A stretch of DNA of 24,878 nt from positions 1-24,878 of IMG/VR virus record IMGVR_UViG_3300034063_000291; one strand, given 5' to 3'. The notes under the pieces are model-generated. The model searched no databases and was not told the origin of the DNA. It worked only from the letters and a program-made list of their open reading frames with translations. The DNA is from a virus (Duplodnaviria > Caudoviricetes). Position 1 is the stretch's first letter. Each line of letters starts with the position of its first letter. The position numbers and the translations under genes are program-made. Below, piece after piece: positions 1-7,729 of this stretch.

Positions 1-312
1 TTCCCACCGTTCTTCCCACCACACTTCCCACCGTTCTTCCCACCGTTCTTCCCACCATTCTTCCCACCATTCTTCCCACCATACTTCCCACCGTTCTTCC
101 CACCGTTCTTCCCACCATTCTTCCCACCATTCTTCCCACCGTTCTTCCCACCGTTCTTCCCACCACACTTCCCACCGTTCTTCCCACCGTTCTTCCCACC
201 GTTCTTCCCACCGTTCTTCCCACCGTTCTTCCCACCGTTCTTCCCACCACACTTCCCACCGTTCTTCCCACCGTTCTTCCCACCGTTCTTCCCACCGTTC
301 TTCCCACCACAC
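1..312 (+). repeat. 12-bp tandem repeat TTCCCACCR(TTC/CAC/TAC), 26 copies in the window, probably continuing upstream
   Basis: Read directly: 21 FPPF units, 4 FPPH units (units 2, 14, 21, 26) and 1 FPPY unit (unit 7), with no spacers. Confidence 0.98.
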
Positions 313-378
313 TTTGTTGGCGGCGGAAACTATTACTGCCCTTGCTGTTGCTGTTCAGGTAATAACTGGTTCTGTTAA
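1..378 (+). CDS. 3' end (5'-truncated) of a Pro/Phe-rich repeat protein: (FPP[F/H/Y])26 followed by [21 protein letters not shown]; probably a virion-associated protein
   Basis: Frame 1 is open from base 1 to TAA at 376-378. Variation among repeat units is synonymous (CCG/CCA) or aromatic-conservative (TTC/TAC/CAC) in this frame. The stop is followed by a hairpin and a new promoter. It is absent from the ORF track because the start lies outside the window. Confidence 0.8.
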   Translation, partial: FPPFFPPHFPPFFPPFFPPFFPPFFPPYFPPFFPPFFPPFFPPFFPPFFPPFFPPHFPPFFPPFFPPFFPPFFPPFFPPFFPPHFPPFFPPFFPPFFPPFFPPHFVGGGNYYCPCCCCSGNNWFC

Positions 379-388
379 TTAATATTGA

Positions 389-412
389 TGGGGCGATAGA
401 AATATCGCCCCA
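389..412 (+). terminator. GC-rich stem-loop, probable terminator or mRNA-stabilising hairpin
   Basis: TGGGGCGATA-GAAA-TATCGCCCCA: perfect 10-bp stem with a GNRA loop, 10 nt after the stop codon. No clear U-tract follows. Confidence 0.6.
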
Positions 413-416
413 GGTA

Positions 417-445
417 TTGATTAAATTAAAAGGTTAATGTATAAT
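417..445 (+). promoter_or_regulatory. sigma70/SigA-type promoter for the oxygenase operon
   Basis: TTGATT (417-422), 17-bp spacer, TATAAT (440-445). RBS AAGGAG at 452-457 precedes ATG 463. Confidence 0.75.
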
Positions 446-462
446 TCTATAAAGGAGAAAAA

Positions 463-909
463 ATGTCGTATTTCGCATATGTAAAAGACGCAAAAGTTGA
501 ACATGTTCAATTTGTTAGCACCTCTACGCCAGCTGGAGAAAAATGGGTAGCACTGTATAGATCAGGAGTTACATTAAAATATTCAAGTAATTATGACGTA
601 ATGCCAGGAGACGTATATGTAGATGAAAAATTTTACAAAAAGGATATAGAGACTGGCGAAACTACTTTATTAGAAGATGGAGCTTGGACGCATCCAAAAG
701 CAGTAAGATTTGCAGGAATTATGGATGGAGAAATTGTTGGCCAATGGGGATCAGGCAAAGAAAATTTTGCAAGCCAAGAAGAAATTGATGAATTTGTTGC
801 TATGGTAGAAACTTCAGATGTAGTGGAGTTAAAGTTAGATGAGCAGTTTGTTGTTGAAAAAGGTTGGCTCTATGATGGAGTTAATTTTACTAATCCAGAT
901 AATGCTTAA
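463..909 (+). CDS. hypothetical phage protein with two internal repeats
   Basis: Good RBS. The halves resemble each other: FAYVKDAKV...VMPGDVYVDEKF versus FAGIMDGEI...VEKGWLYDGVNFTNP. The G-W-x-Y-D-G-x-x-F-x-x-P ending resembles small proteins found near phage tail-fibre genes (inference). Confidence 0.75.
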   Translation: MSYFAYVKDAKVEHVQFVSTSTPAGEKWVALYRSGVTLKYSSNYDVMPGDVYVDEKFYKKDIETGETTLLEDGAWTHPKAVRFAGIMDGEIVGQWGSGKENFASQEEIDEFVAMVETSDVVELKLDEQFVVEKGWLYDGVNFTNPDNA

Positions 910-1157
910 TGAGCGCAGAAGAAAATAGCAAAAGCGCCTGGCAAAAATATAAAGAAAATCTGGGCACAACAAGGCCCTGGGATTTTATAGACCCAAATAC
1001 AGAATATGCAGAAGAGTCTATTTCTCAAGAAAGATATAGCATTTGTTCGGCTTGCCCAGAATTTATGAAATCTACAAAACAATGCAAAAAGTGTGGTTGT
1101 TTTATGGCGCTAAAGACTAAACTTAAAGACGCTGAGTGTCCAATAGGGAAATGGTAA
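909..1157 (+). CDS. small Cys-rich putative metal-binding protein (DUF6171-like)
   Basis: Motif R-x3-CxxC-x9-CxxCGC-x11-CP-x-G-K-W. TAATG overlap with the upstream gene. Confidence 0.75.
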   Translation: MSAEENSKSAWQKYKENLGTTRPWDFIDPNTEYAEESISQERYSICSACPEFMKSTKQCKKCGCFMALKTKLKDAECPIGKW

Positions 1158-1166
1158 GTAAAAATA

Positions 1167-1829
1167 ATGTATGAAAAAGAAGAGTTGTTCCCAGGACTTT
1201 GGGTATATAGAAATGTAATCACTCCAGAATTAGATGTAATTAATAGACTTGAGAACGCAATATCCAATTCTAAGGGCATGCATACTTGGAAAGAGGCAAC
1301 AGTAGGATATAGAGAAAAAATGCCTGACTATAGAGATTGTGTAGATTTTAAATGGAAAAAGTTTGAAGAAAGCAATCCCCTAGATAAATATAATAAAGAT
1401 GTAGATGCAATTTGGCAAGATGTGCATGACGTACAACTTGTTGCACTAAACGATTATTCTTCTTTCTACAATATTGAATTAAAATATTGGGAAGCTATGA
1501 ATTTTATTAAATACGGAGAAGGCCAACATTTCTCCTATCATTCAGATCATGGATGGTCATATATATCAACAGTATCAATGGTTGCATATATCAATGATGA
1601 TTATGAAGAGGGTGGTCTAAGATTTGATAAGCTTGATTTAACTATAAAGCCAAAAGCTGGAGACCTATACATATTCCCATCAACATATCTGTTTTCACAT
1701 GCTGCCCTCCCAGTAAAATCTGGATTAAAATATTCAATTGTTACAATGACAGACTATAACGATGCAACTCATACAGAATCTTTTTACAGACAATTCATGT
1801 CTGATAAATCAATGAAAGATGGGTACTGA
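1167..1829 (+). CDS. 2OG-Fe(II) oxygenase, prolyl 4-hydroxylase-like (#1)
   Basis: HSD (HxD), YINDDYEEGGL, PKAGDLYIFPS, distal H in SHAALPV, 2OG-binding K in GLKYS. Confidence 0.9.
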   Translation: MYEKEELFPGLWVYRNVITPELDVINRLENAISNSKGMHTWKEATVGYREKMPDYRDCVDFKWKKFEESNPLDKYNKDVDAIWQDVHDVQLVALNDYSSFYNIELKYWEAMNFIKYGEGQHFSYHSDHGWSYISTVSMVAYINDDYEEGGLRFDKLDLTIKPKAGDLYIFPSTYLFSHAALPVKSGLKYSIVTMTDYNDATHTESFYRQFMSDKSMKDGY

Positions 1830-2563
1830 TGAACTTTGATGTTTATAAAGTTTATCCAAACCAATCAGCAAATATTCAACCTTTAGGTGTAAAAAGAGAG
1901 TGGATGGATGAAACTTTTGACAAGCATGCATACCACTGCTTCCCAGTAAGTCTATCTAATACATTAGGTTGGGGAGTTTCTTTTCCAGTAGATATATCAT
2001 TTATATGGGACGGGATATCAGACTCCACAGATACACACGTTAAAGTTTTAAAAGGAAACGAATATGTATCAACCTCAAGAGCCAACGCAACAATTAGTTT
2101 CAATACAAATATAGTCATAAGAACTGAAGAAGATGTGACCATGTTGGCAATGCCAACACCAAATTGGCCCATAGAAGGTGTTTGGCCTTTTACTACATTA
2201 ATAAGCACTTCATTTTTTAAAGGGGCATTTCCAATTGCTTGGAGAATAACTAAAGCAAATGAAATCATTACTATTCCAGCAAATACACCAGTTGCAGCAA
2301 TAATGCCAATCTCTTTGGCAAGCTTAAATAATTCAGTGGCGGTAATAAAAGGGTATAAGGATTTACCAGTAGACTTTTTCCCAAAAGAAGATTATGGCAA
2401 AATTGTTAGTGATATTAATAAGTCTGGAAAATGGACTGACTTTTATAGAAATGCTGTAGACCATAAAAATAATAAAATAGGATCCCATGAAGTTAAATCG
2501 TTAAGACTAAAAAATGACGACACCGCTTTAAATGGGCCAGAAGGTTGTGGAATACCAGAATGA
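1829..2563 (+). CDS. DUF6065-like protein
   Basis: KREWMD...HAYHCFPVSLSNTLGW N-terminal signature and IPANTPVAAIMPI C-terminal motif. TGATG coupling with the upstream gene. Confidence 0.7.
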   Translation: MNFDVYKVYPNQSANIQPLGVKREWMDETFDKHAYHCFPVSLSNTLGWGVSFPVDISFIWDGISDSTDTHVKVLKGNEYVSTSRANATISFNTNIVIRTEEDVTMLAMPTPNWPIEGVWPFTTLISTSFFKGAFPIAWRITKANEIITIPANTPVAAIMPISLASLNNSVAVIKGYKDLPVDFFPKEDYGKIVSDINKSGKWTDFYRNAVDHKNNKIGSHEVKSLRLKNDDTALNGPEGCGIPE

Positions 2564-3279
2564 ACAAAATAACATTTCACTCAAATAAGCATTACAATGA
2601 TGTTGAAACAGCACCGTGTCCTACAGCAAAAGTTATACCAAAATGGTGGCATGATGCAGATATGTACGTAAAAGATTTTTATGGGAATCCAGTTTCTAAC
2701 GCAACTAAAGATGGTGGCAAAATGCTTAATTTTAAAGCATGCCCAGCAATGCTAGATACATTTACAACAGGGTACACTTTAGTTACACCATGCGATATAG
2801 AGTTTTATCAAAAAAATAACAGGATAAAGGCTAGAGTTCCATTAAAGTTTGACGACTTTGTAGGAGAAAGACCAGAGTCTGCTGGATTTCAAGTTCCTGC
2901 TGGATATGAAAAAAATCATTTTCACTGGTATGCAAATTGGGCGCCAGAGCTTCCAGATGGCTACAGCTCTCTCTATATCCAACCCATTAATCACTTTGAT
3001 TTACCATGGCTTACCGTTGGTGGTATAATAGACAGTGACAAGGTTACAACATCTGGATTGATACCATTTTTTATACAAAATGGATTTACTGGAGTTGTGC
3101 CTGCTGGAACTCCTTACTTACAGATAATACCATTCAAGAGGGAAGACTGGGAATCAGATTTTATTTTTCATAAACCTGTAACTATTATGAGAAAAGCAGC
3201 AGAGACATCAGAAACTTTTAGAACACCAGAAGGTGGAGTCTATAAGAAAAAATTTTGGACTAGAAGGAGATATAAGTAA
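2560..3279 (+). CDS. conserved phage protein of the K-x-C-P type, distantly similar to the preceding gene (possible dUTPase-like beta fold)
   Basis: IPKWW...FKACPAMLDTFTTGY...GIIDSD...VPAGTPYLQIIPFKREDW. Start moved to ATG 2560, which overlaps the upstream stop as ATGA, rather than TTG 2545. Confidence 0.75.
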   Translation: MNKITFHSNKHYNDVETAPCPTAKVIPKWWHDADMYVKDFYGNPVSNATKDGGKMLNFKACPAMLDTFTTGYTLVTPCDIEFYQKNNRIKARVPLKFDDFVGERPESAGFQVPAGYEKNHFHWYANWAPELPDGYSSLYIQPINHFDLPWLTVGGIIDSDKVTTSGLIPFFIQNGFTGVVPAGTPYLQIIPFKREDWESDFIFHKPVTIMRKAAETSETFRTPEGGVYKKKFWTRRRYK

Positions 3280-3280
3280 A

Positions 3281-3970
3281 ATGGAAAATAGATTAAATAC
3301 TAATAACACTCACGACTACAGATCATTGGGCTCTATAACTCCTTCTGGATTTTATGGTGCAGGCCCAGAAAATATTGTAGAGCTAAAGAATTTTTTAACG
3401 GATGAAGAAAGAGTAAGGCTGACAAACTTTGCTAGAAATAACACAACATGGGATATTACTGATTCTCATGTCAATGAAAATGGCACAGTTATATATGATG
3501 CTAATGCTTGGCACGATAGAGTTTGCACACGCAGATCTATGGAGATTTCTGCAGAACCATCTATAGTCGGTGTTGTGGACAATTTGATAGCAAGACTACA
3601 GGTTGAAGTAGAAAAGTTTTTTAATGTTAAGGTTCAGGCAACTGGCCCAGCTATTGTGAGATGGCCTGTTGGAGCAAGACAAGACCCTCATGCAGATAAA
3701 GAGCTCCACGAGGGGCCAGATGCTGGTACGCCAAATGATTTCCCTCATTATGATATAGCATCATTATTTTATTTTAACGATGACTATGAGGGCGGCGAAT
3801 TATTTTTCCCAGTTCAAGGAATAGAGTTTAAGCCAGTTGGTGGATCAGCTTATTTTTTCCCAGGTGATAAAAATTATATCCATGGGGTCAGGCCCGTTAT
3901 TGCTGGCGGAAGATACACGTCCCCATTCTTTTGGCAGATACTTGAGCATACTGGAGACCGAAAGCCATGA
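3281..3970 (+). CDS. 2OG-Fe(II) oxygenase, P4H-like (#2)
   Basis: HAD, YFNDDYEGGEL, IHGVRPV, GGRYT. Start moved to ATG 3281, with AAGGAG at 3264-3269 and immediately after the upstream stop. Confidence 0.9.
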   Translation: MENRLNTNNTHDYRSLGSITPSGFYGAGPENIVELKNFLTDEERVRLTNFARNNTTWDITDSHVNENGTVIYDANAWHDRVCTRRSMEISAEPSIVGVVDNLIARLQVEVEKFFNVKVQATGPAIVRWPVGARQDPHADKELHEGPDAGTPNDFPHYDIASLFYFNDDYEGGELFFPVQGIEFKPVGGSAYFFPGDKNYIHGVRPVIAGGRYTSPFFWQILEHTGDRKP

Positions 3971-4821
3971 ATCTACAATACAAAGAAATATACCCAAAGA
4001 TATGGGTTTTTAAAAATCCATGGAAAGACATTGATTTACTAACACAAACAATTATTGACTCTGAGCAAAACCCAGAAGGGTCTGCTTTAAACTGGCATGG
4101 ATGGTACACATTTGGCAAGGAAGCCGATCAATTTGATTATTCAGTTTCTTCGTCTGAAAGAACCCAGATGGAAAAAGGTTTCTGGGATGAAATAATTGAA
4201 GTGTTTAACAAAACAACAAATCAGTATGCGGAAACATTTGGTGTTCCAATTGATTCAGAGGCTCAGGTTTTTAATGAAGAAGAAGATTCAATGACACAGC
4301 TATGGAAAAGAATGGGTCCTTCTATATGTAAATATGAAGTAGATGGCGGCATAGAAGACTCGGACTTTGCTATGCATGTTCACACTGACTATCAAAAAGA
4401 CTATCATGATTTTAGAGGATATAAATTTACATTTACATGCACAATGTACTTAAACGGAGATTATGAAGGCGGAGGACTTACATTTTTAGTAGACAATAAA
4501 ACTCTTTACTATAAGCCAGAAAAGGGTGACATATTGTTGTTCCCAGCAGGTGACCCAGACTTTCTTTCCGATGCTGGTCAATTTTATATGCACGGTGTTG
4601 AAAAAGTAAAGGGGTCACCTAAGTATTTTATAAGAAATCACTGGGTTAGGTTTTATCCTGGATCAGAAGAGTGGCTAAAAAATGAAAAGCTTTATGGTAA
4701 AGAAATATGGAAAGAAATGGAAATTGCCAGGACTAAAGAAGAAAGAAGATCTGGAGTATATCAAACAATAGATTATGAAGAAATGAAAAAGCTAGAAAGG
4801 ATTAGTTTAAATGACATTTAA
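3967..4821 (+). CDS. 2OG-Fe(II) oxygenase, P4H-like (#3)
   Basis: HTD, YLNGDYEGGGL, PEKGDILLFP, MHGVEKV, PKYFIR. ATGA overlap. Confidence 0.9.
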   Translation: MNLQYKEIYPKIWVFKNPWKDIDLLTQTIIDSEQNPEGSALNWHGWYTFGKEADQFDYSVSSSERTQMEKGFWDEIIEVFNKTTNQYAETFGVPIDSEAQVFNEEEDSMTQLWKRMGPSICKYEVDGGIEDSDFAMHVHTDYQKDYHDFRGYKFTFTCTMYLNGDYEGGGLTFLVDNKTLYYKPEKGDILLFPAGDPDFLSDAGQFYMHGVEKVKGSPKYFIRNHWVRFYPGSEEWLKNEKLYGKEIWKEMEIARTKEERRSGVYQTIDYEEMKKLERISLNDI

Positions 4822-5575
4822 TTTAGAAAATCAAAATCGTGTAAAAGAAGACATTGTGTTTTTTGAAAATTTTCTTAGTCCAGAAGATTGTGAAAGAGTT
4901 ATTAAATATTGGGAGCATTCCGTAGAAAAAGGAACTCTTCCATGGGCACCTATATCATTCTACGACTCATTTGCATCTAATCTGCCAGATGATGAAGATA
5001 AAGAAAAGTTTGGTTTAGCACCTGATTTTTTTACTACTCTTCAGGATAAAATTCAGGAAGCTACAGAAATATGCAGAGGAGACAAGCTAAGGCTTGTTAG
5101 CTATCATGCACAGAAATGGGTGGAAGGTGCATATGCAGGATACCATTCAGATAATACACCAATAGATTCTCCAGAGTACAATTCGTTTGAAAGAAGTAAG
5201 TGGGCAGCATTTCTTTATCTAAATGACGATTTTGAAGGCGGAGTTCTAAACTTTAGAGATCATGATATTTCTTTGCAACCTAAAACTGGAATGCTAGCGG
5301 CATTTGCTGGCGGTCACCATAACATTCACGAAGTTCAGATGATTACCAAGGGTACTAGATTAACAATAGGATCATTTTGGGACAATGAAGAGGTTACTTA
5401 CAGCGAAGAAAAGCAGGCTTTATGGGAAACCGATATTGCAGAGCAAAGAAAAAGACAGGCAGAAGACGCCGAGCTTTGGGCAGCACTTAAAGAAAAAGGC
5501 GAAAGATTGAGACCAGGCCCAGATCAAACTGCTAAAAAAGATGTGGCTTTAAAAATTGAGGGGGAATATAAATGA
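4811..5575 (+). CDS. 2OG-Fe(II) oxygenase, P4H-like (#4) with a charged helical C-terminal extension
   Basis: HSD, YLNDDFEGGVL, IHEVQMI, GTRLTI. Confidence 0.9.
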   Translation: MTFNLENQNRVKEDIVFFENFLSPEDCERVIKYWEHSVEKGTLPWAPISFYDSFASNLPDDEDKEKFGLAPDFFTTLQDKIQEATEICRGDKLRLVSYHAQKWVEGAYAGYHSDNTPIDSPEYNSFERSKWAAFLYLNDDFEGGVLNFRDHDISLQPKTGMLAAFAGGHHNIHEVQMITKGTRLTIGSFWDNEEVTYSEEKQALWETDIAEQRKRQAEDAELWAALKEKGERLRPGPDQTAKKDVALKIEGEYK

Positions 5576-6381
5576 TAAAAACAACTGTGTTAGAAAATGG
5601 AATGATTAGGGAAGAACTTCACCCTCAAGTGTATTATTATAAAAATGCAATACCTAACGTAAAAGAGTGGCTAGAACTTGTAAACGATTCTGAAAATAAT
5701 CCAGATATGTACCCCGTATTAACTCCATGGAATCAGTGGGACGTAGATGAGAACAGGTCTATGGGGCATCCATATGTTTATGGTTATAAAAAACTATGTC
5801 TCTTAAATAGCGTCTACAATATAGACAAAGACGTTTCGGAAGAAACAAAGGAAGCGTTTATTAAAATAAGAGACCCACTGTTTAATGCTATACGAGCTGT
5901 GTGCGAAGATTATAAAAAAGAGCAAAATATACAAGAAGAATTAATACTATTAGAACAATTTGGAGTTCACAGATATCGTTCTGGAAAGTTTATGGGAGTT
6001 CACCATGATTCTCAAGAAGGAGATACACGACTACTTTATTCATTAGTTGTTTGGCCAAATGATGATTACGAAGGCGGCGAGCTTTCTTTTTCTATTAAAA
6101 ATGGTGTACTGACTGGTACAGAAAGTGCTCTTTTTGCAGACATTGATGATCCTAGAAATGAGGGCCAGTATGATTTTTTCATTAAGCCTGAAGCTGGAAG
6201 CATTGTAATATTCCCTTCACCATCACCATTTAGTCATACTGCACATGAGGTAAAATCTGGATGGAAATACATGTTGCCAATGTTTTGGATAGACCCATCT
6301 GGAGAAGATGTTCTTTTTAAGCAAGACCCAGACTTTAAGCTAGAATTTGTGTATCCAGATAAAGAGGATCTATTTAAATGA
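5572..6381 (+). CDS. 2OG-Fe(II) oxygenase, P4H-like (#5)
   Basis: HHD, WPNDDYEGGEL, PEAGSIVIFPS, SHTAHEV, GWKY. ATGA overlap. Confidence 0.9.
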   Translation: MIKTTVLENGMIREELHPQVYYYKNAIPNVKEWLELVNDSENNPDMYPVLTPWNQWDVDENRSMGHPYVYGYKKLCLLNSVYNIDKDVSEETKEAFIKIRDPLFNAIRAVCEDYKKEQNIQEELILLEQFGVHRYRSGKFMGVHHDSQEGDTRLLYSLVVWPNDDYEGGELSFSIKNGVLTGTESALFADIDDPRNEGQYDFFIKPEAGSIVIFPSPSPFSHTAHEVKSGWKYMLPMFWIDPSGEDVLFKQDPDFKLEFVYPDKEDLFK

Positions 6382-6388
6382 TTGACAA

Positions 6389-6397
6389 TGGTATAAT
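6389..6397 (+). promoter_or_regulatory. extended -10 promoter (TGnTATAAT) inside the oxygenase array
   Basis: TGGTATAAT at 6389-6397, then AAGGAG at 6412-6417 and ATG at 6423. Confidence 0.55.
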
Positions 6398-6422
6398 TAG
6401 AGATAAAATAGAAGGAGCACAA

Positions 6423-7139
6423 ATGATATCTGAAAAATTGCATGAAAAGGTTTACTACTACAAGAATGTTGTTTCTGACCCAAAGCACCTAGTTAGTTTG
6501 ATTGAAAGAACAGACTCTGAAAACTATTCAAAGTTTGTTACACCTTGGGAAGAGTGGGGTGCCTGCAGTGGAGAAATGTATATCTACGGACAGCACAAGA
6601 GAATTAAATACCTAAAGCTAGATGAACTTTTAGAAAAATGTCCAAAAGATATTTTAGAAGATGCCAAGTATATTTTTACTGAAATTTTTGACGGCATGAA
6701 AAAGGTTTGTTTGGATTATGCAGAAAAGGTGGATGAAAAGTCTAAGCTAATTTTAATGACAGATACTGCTATTAAGCGTTACGAGACTGGTACTTTTATG
6801 GGCTCTCATTTTGACCAGCAAGAAGGGGACAAAAGATTAAAGTATTCTTTAGTTATGTACCTTAATGATGACTACGAGGGCGGAGAGCTTTCATTTAGCA
6901 TTAGAGACGGAGTTCTTACTTCAACCGACTATGCAGCCTCAGAAGATATTGAAGATGATAGAAACAAAGAAAGAATTACTTTTTCAATAAAGCCAGAGGC
7001 GGGAAGCGTAATAATCTTCCCATCAGAACCACCATATAGTCATACAGCACATTTAGTAAAAAGCGGATTCAAATACATGGTTCCGTCATTTTGGTTGAAT
7101 AAAGGCTCATTTGTTGATGGAGTCTTTGTTCCAGAATAA
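6423..7139 (+). CDS. 2OG-Fe(II) oxygenase, P4H-like (#6), close paralogue of #5
   Basis: HFD, YLNDDYEGGEL, PEAGSVIIFPS, SHTAHLV, GFKY. Start ATG 6423 is preferred over 6378 because of the RBS and because MISEKLHEKVYYYKN aligns with MIREELHPQVYYYKN of #5. Confidence 0.88.
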   Translation: MISEKLHEKVYYYKNVVSDPKHLVSLIERTDSENYSKFVTPWEEWGACSGEMYIYGQHKRIKYLKLDELLEKCPKDILEDAKYIFTEIFDGMKKVCLDYAEKVDEKSKLILMTDTAIKRYETGTFMGSHFDQQEGDKRLKYSLVMYLNDDYEGGELSFSIRDGVLTSTDYAASEDIEDDRNKERITFSIKPEAGSVIIFPSEPPYSHTAHLVKSGFKYMVPSFWLNKGSFVDGVFVPE

Positions 7140-7150
7140 AGGGTTTTAAA

Positions 7151-7705
7151 ATGGCAATGTATGTTTTTCAAGAGTTATCCCCAAAAGTTTTTTACTTCAC
7201 CTATTGTCTTCAAGAGATTGGCAACTACATCCAGTTTATTGAAGAAACGGAAGATGATTCAAAAACAAATAGATCTCTTATAGGAAAGTGGTCCCATAAA
7301 GAATCTCATTCCGAAAAGAATATTTCTTCAGATCTATCTGGACAAAATGATGTAGTAGACACCAGAAGCCTTTTTGTAATCAATAACCTAAAGGCAACAT
7401 TCCATCATTGTTTTACTCAGTACAAGCTATACAATAATATAGAAGAGCCTGTAAACCTAAACACAGATTACTCTATTCGTAAGTACTACGAAAACTTTGA
7501 AGATAGTGATTTGCCTCATGGTAAATATACAGCAAAAATGTATATAAATTGTTCTTATGATGGTGGAGAAGTTGAGATTCCCAATTCAAATAAAAAGATA
7601 AAGCCAGAAGCAGGCAGCATGTTGATATATCCTTCAGATTACAATATAAAGTCTTTGCCAGGGGTCAATAACTCTAGATATGTCGCAACAGGATATTGGA
7701 TTTAA
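7151..7705 (+). CDS. degenerate 2OG-Fe(II) oxygenase-fold protein (#7), metal ligands apparently lost
   Basis: Keeps ELSPKVFYF, YINCSYDGGEV, IKPEAGSMLIYPS and SRY. Has no HxD after IRKY and no distal His. Confidence 0.75.
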   Translation: MAMYVFQELSPKVFYFTYCLQEIGNYIQFIEETEDDSKTNRSLIGKWSHKESHSEKNISSDLSGQNDVVDTRSLFVINNLKATFHHCFTQYKLYNNIEEPVNLNTDYSIRKYYENFEDSDLPHGKYTAKMYINCSYDGGEVEIPNSNKKIKPEAGSMLIYPSDYNIKSLPGVNNSRYVATGYWI

Positions 7706-7723
7706 CACTCTTTCTGCTATAAT
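7696..7723 (+). promoter_or_regulatory. extended -10 promoter, probably giving a leaderless mRNA
   Basis: TGCTATAAT at 7715-7723 and possible -35 TTGGAT at 7696-7701. ATG 7730 lies 6 nt after the -10 box with no RBS. Confidence 0.65.
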
Positions 7724-7729
7724 TAAAAT

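Noticed and set aside
1-312. CRISPR array or telomere-like repeat
   Set aside because: The units are contiguous 12-mers with no unique spacers, and their variation follows codon logic in frame 1.
1-312. Minus-strand or alternative-frame reading of the repeat (e.g. KNGG or EERW repeats), or a functional G-quadruplex
   Set aside because: All genes in the window are on the + strand and frame 1 best explains the substitutions and the downstream stop plus hairpin. The G-runs are a by-product of Pro codons.
1167-7705. Oxygenases as DNA-modifying (TET/JBP, AlkB) enzymes
   Set aside because: The motifs (YLNDDYEGGEL, P-x-x-G-x3-FP) are P4H/2OG-FeII_Oxy_3-type and no nucleotide-modification genes are adjacent. 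Not formally excluded.
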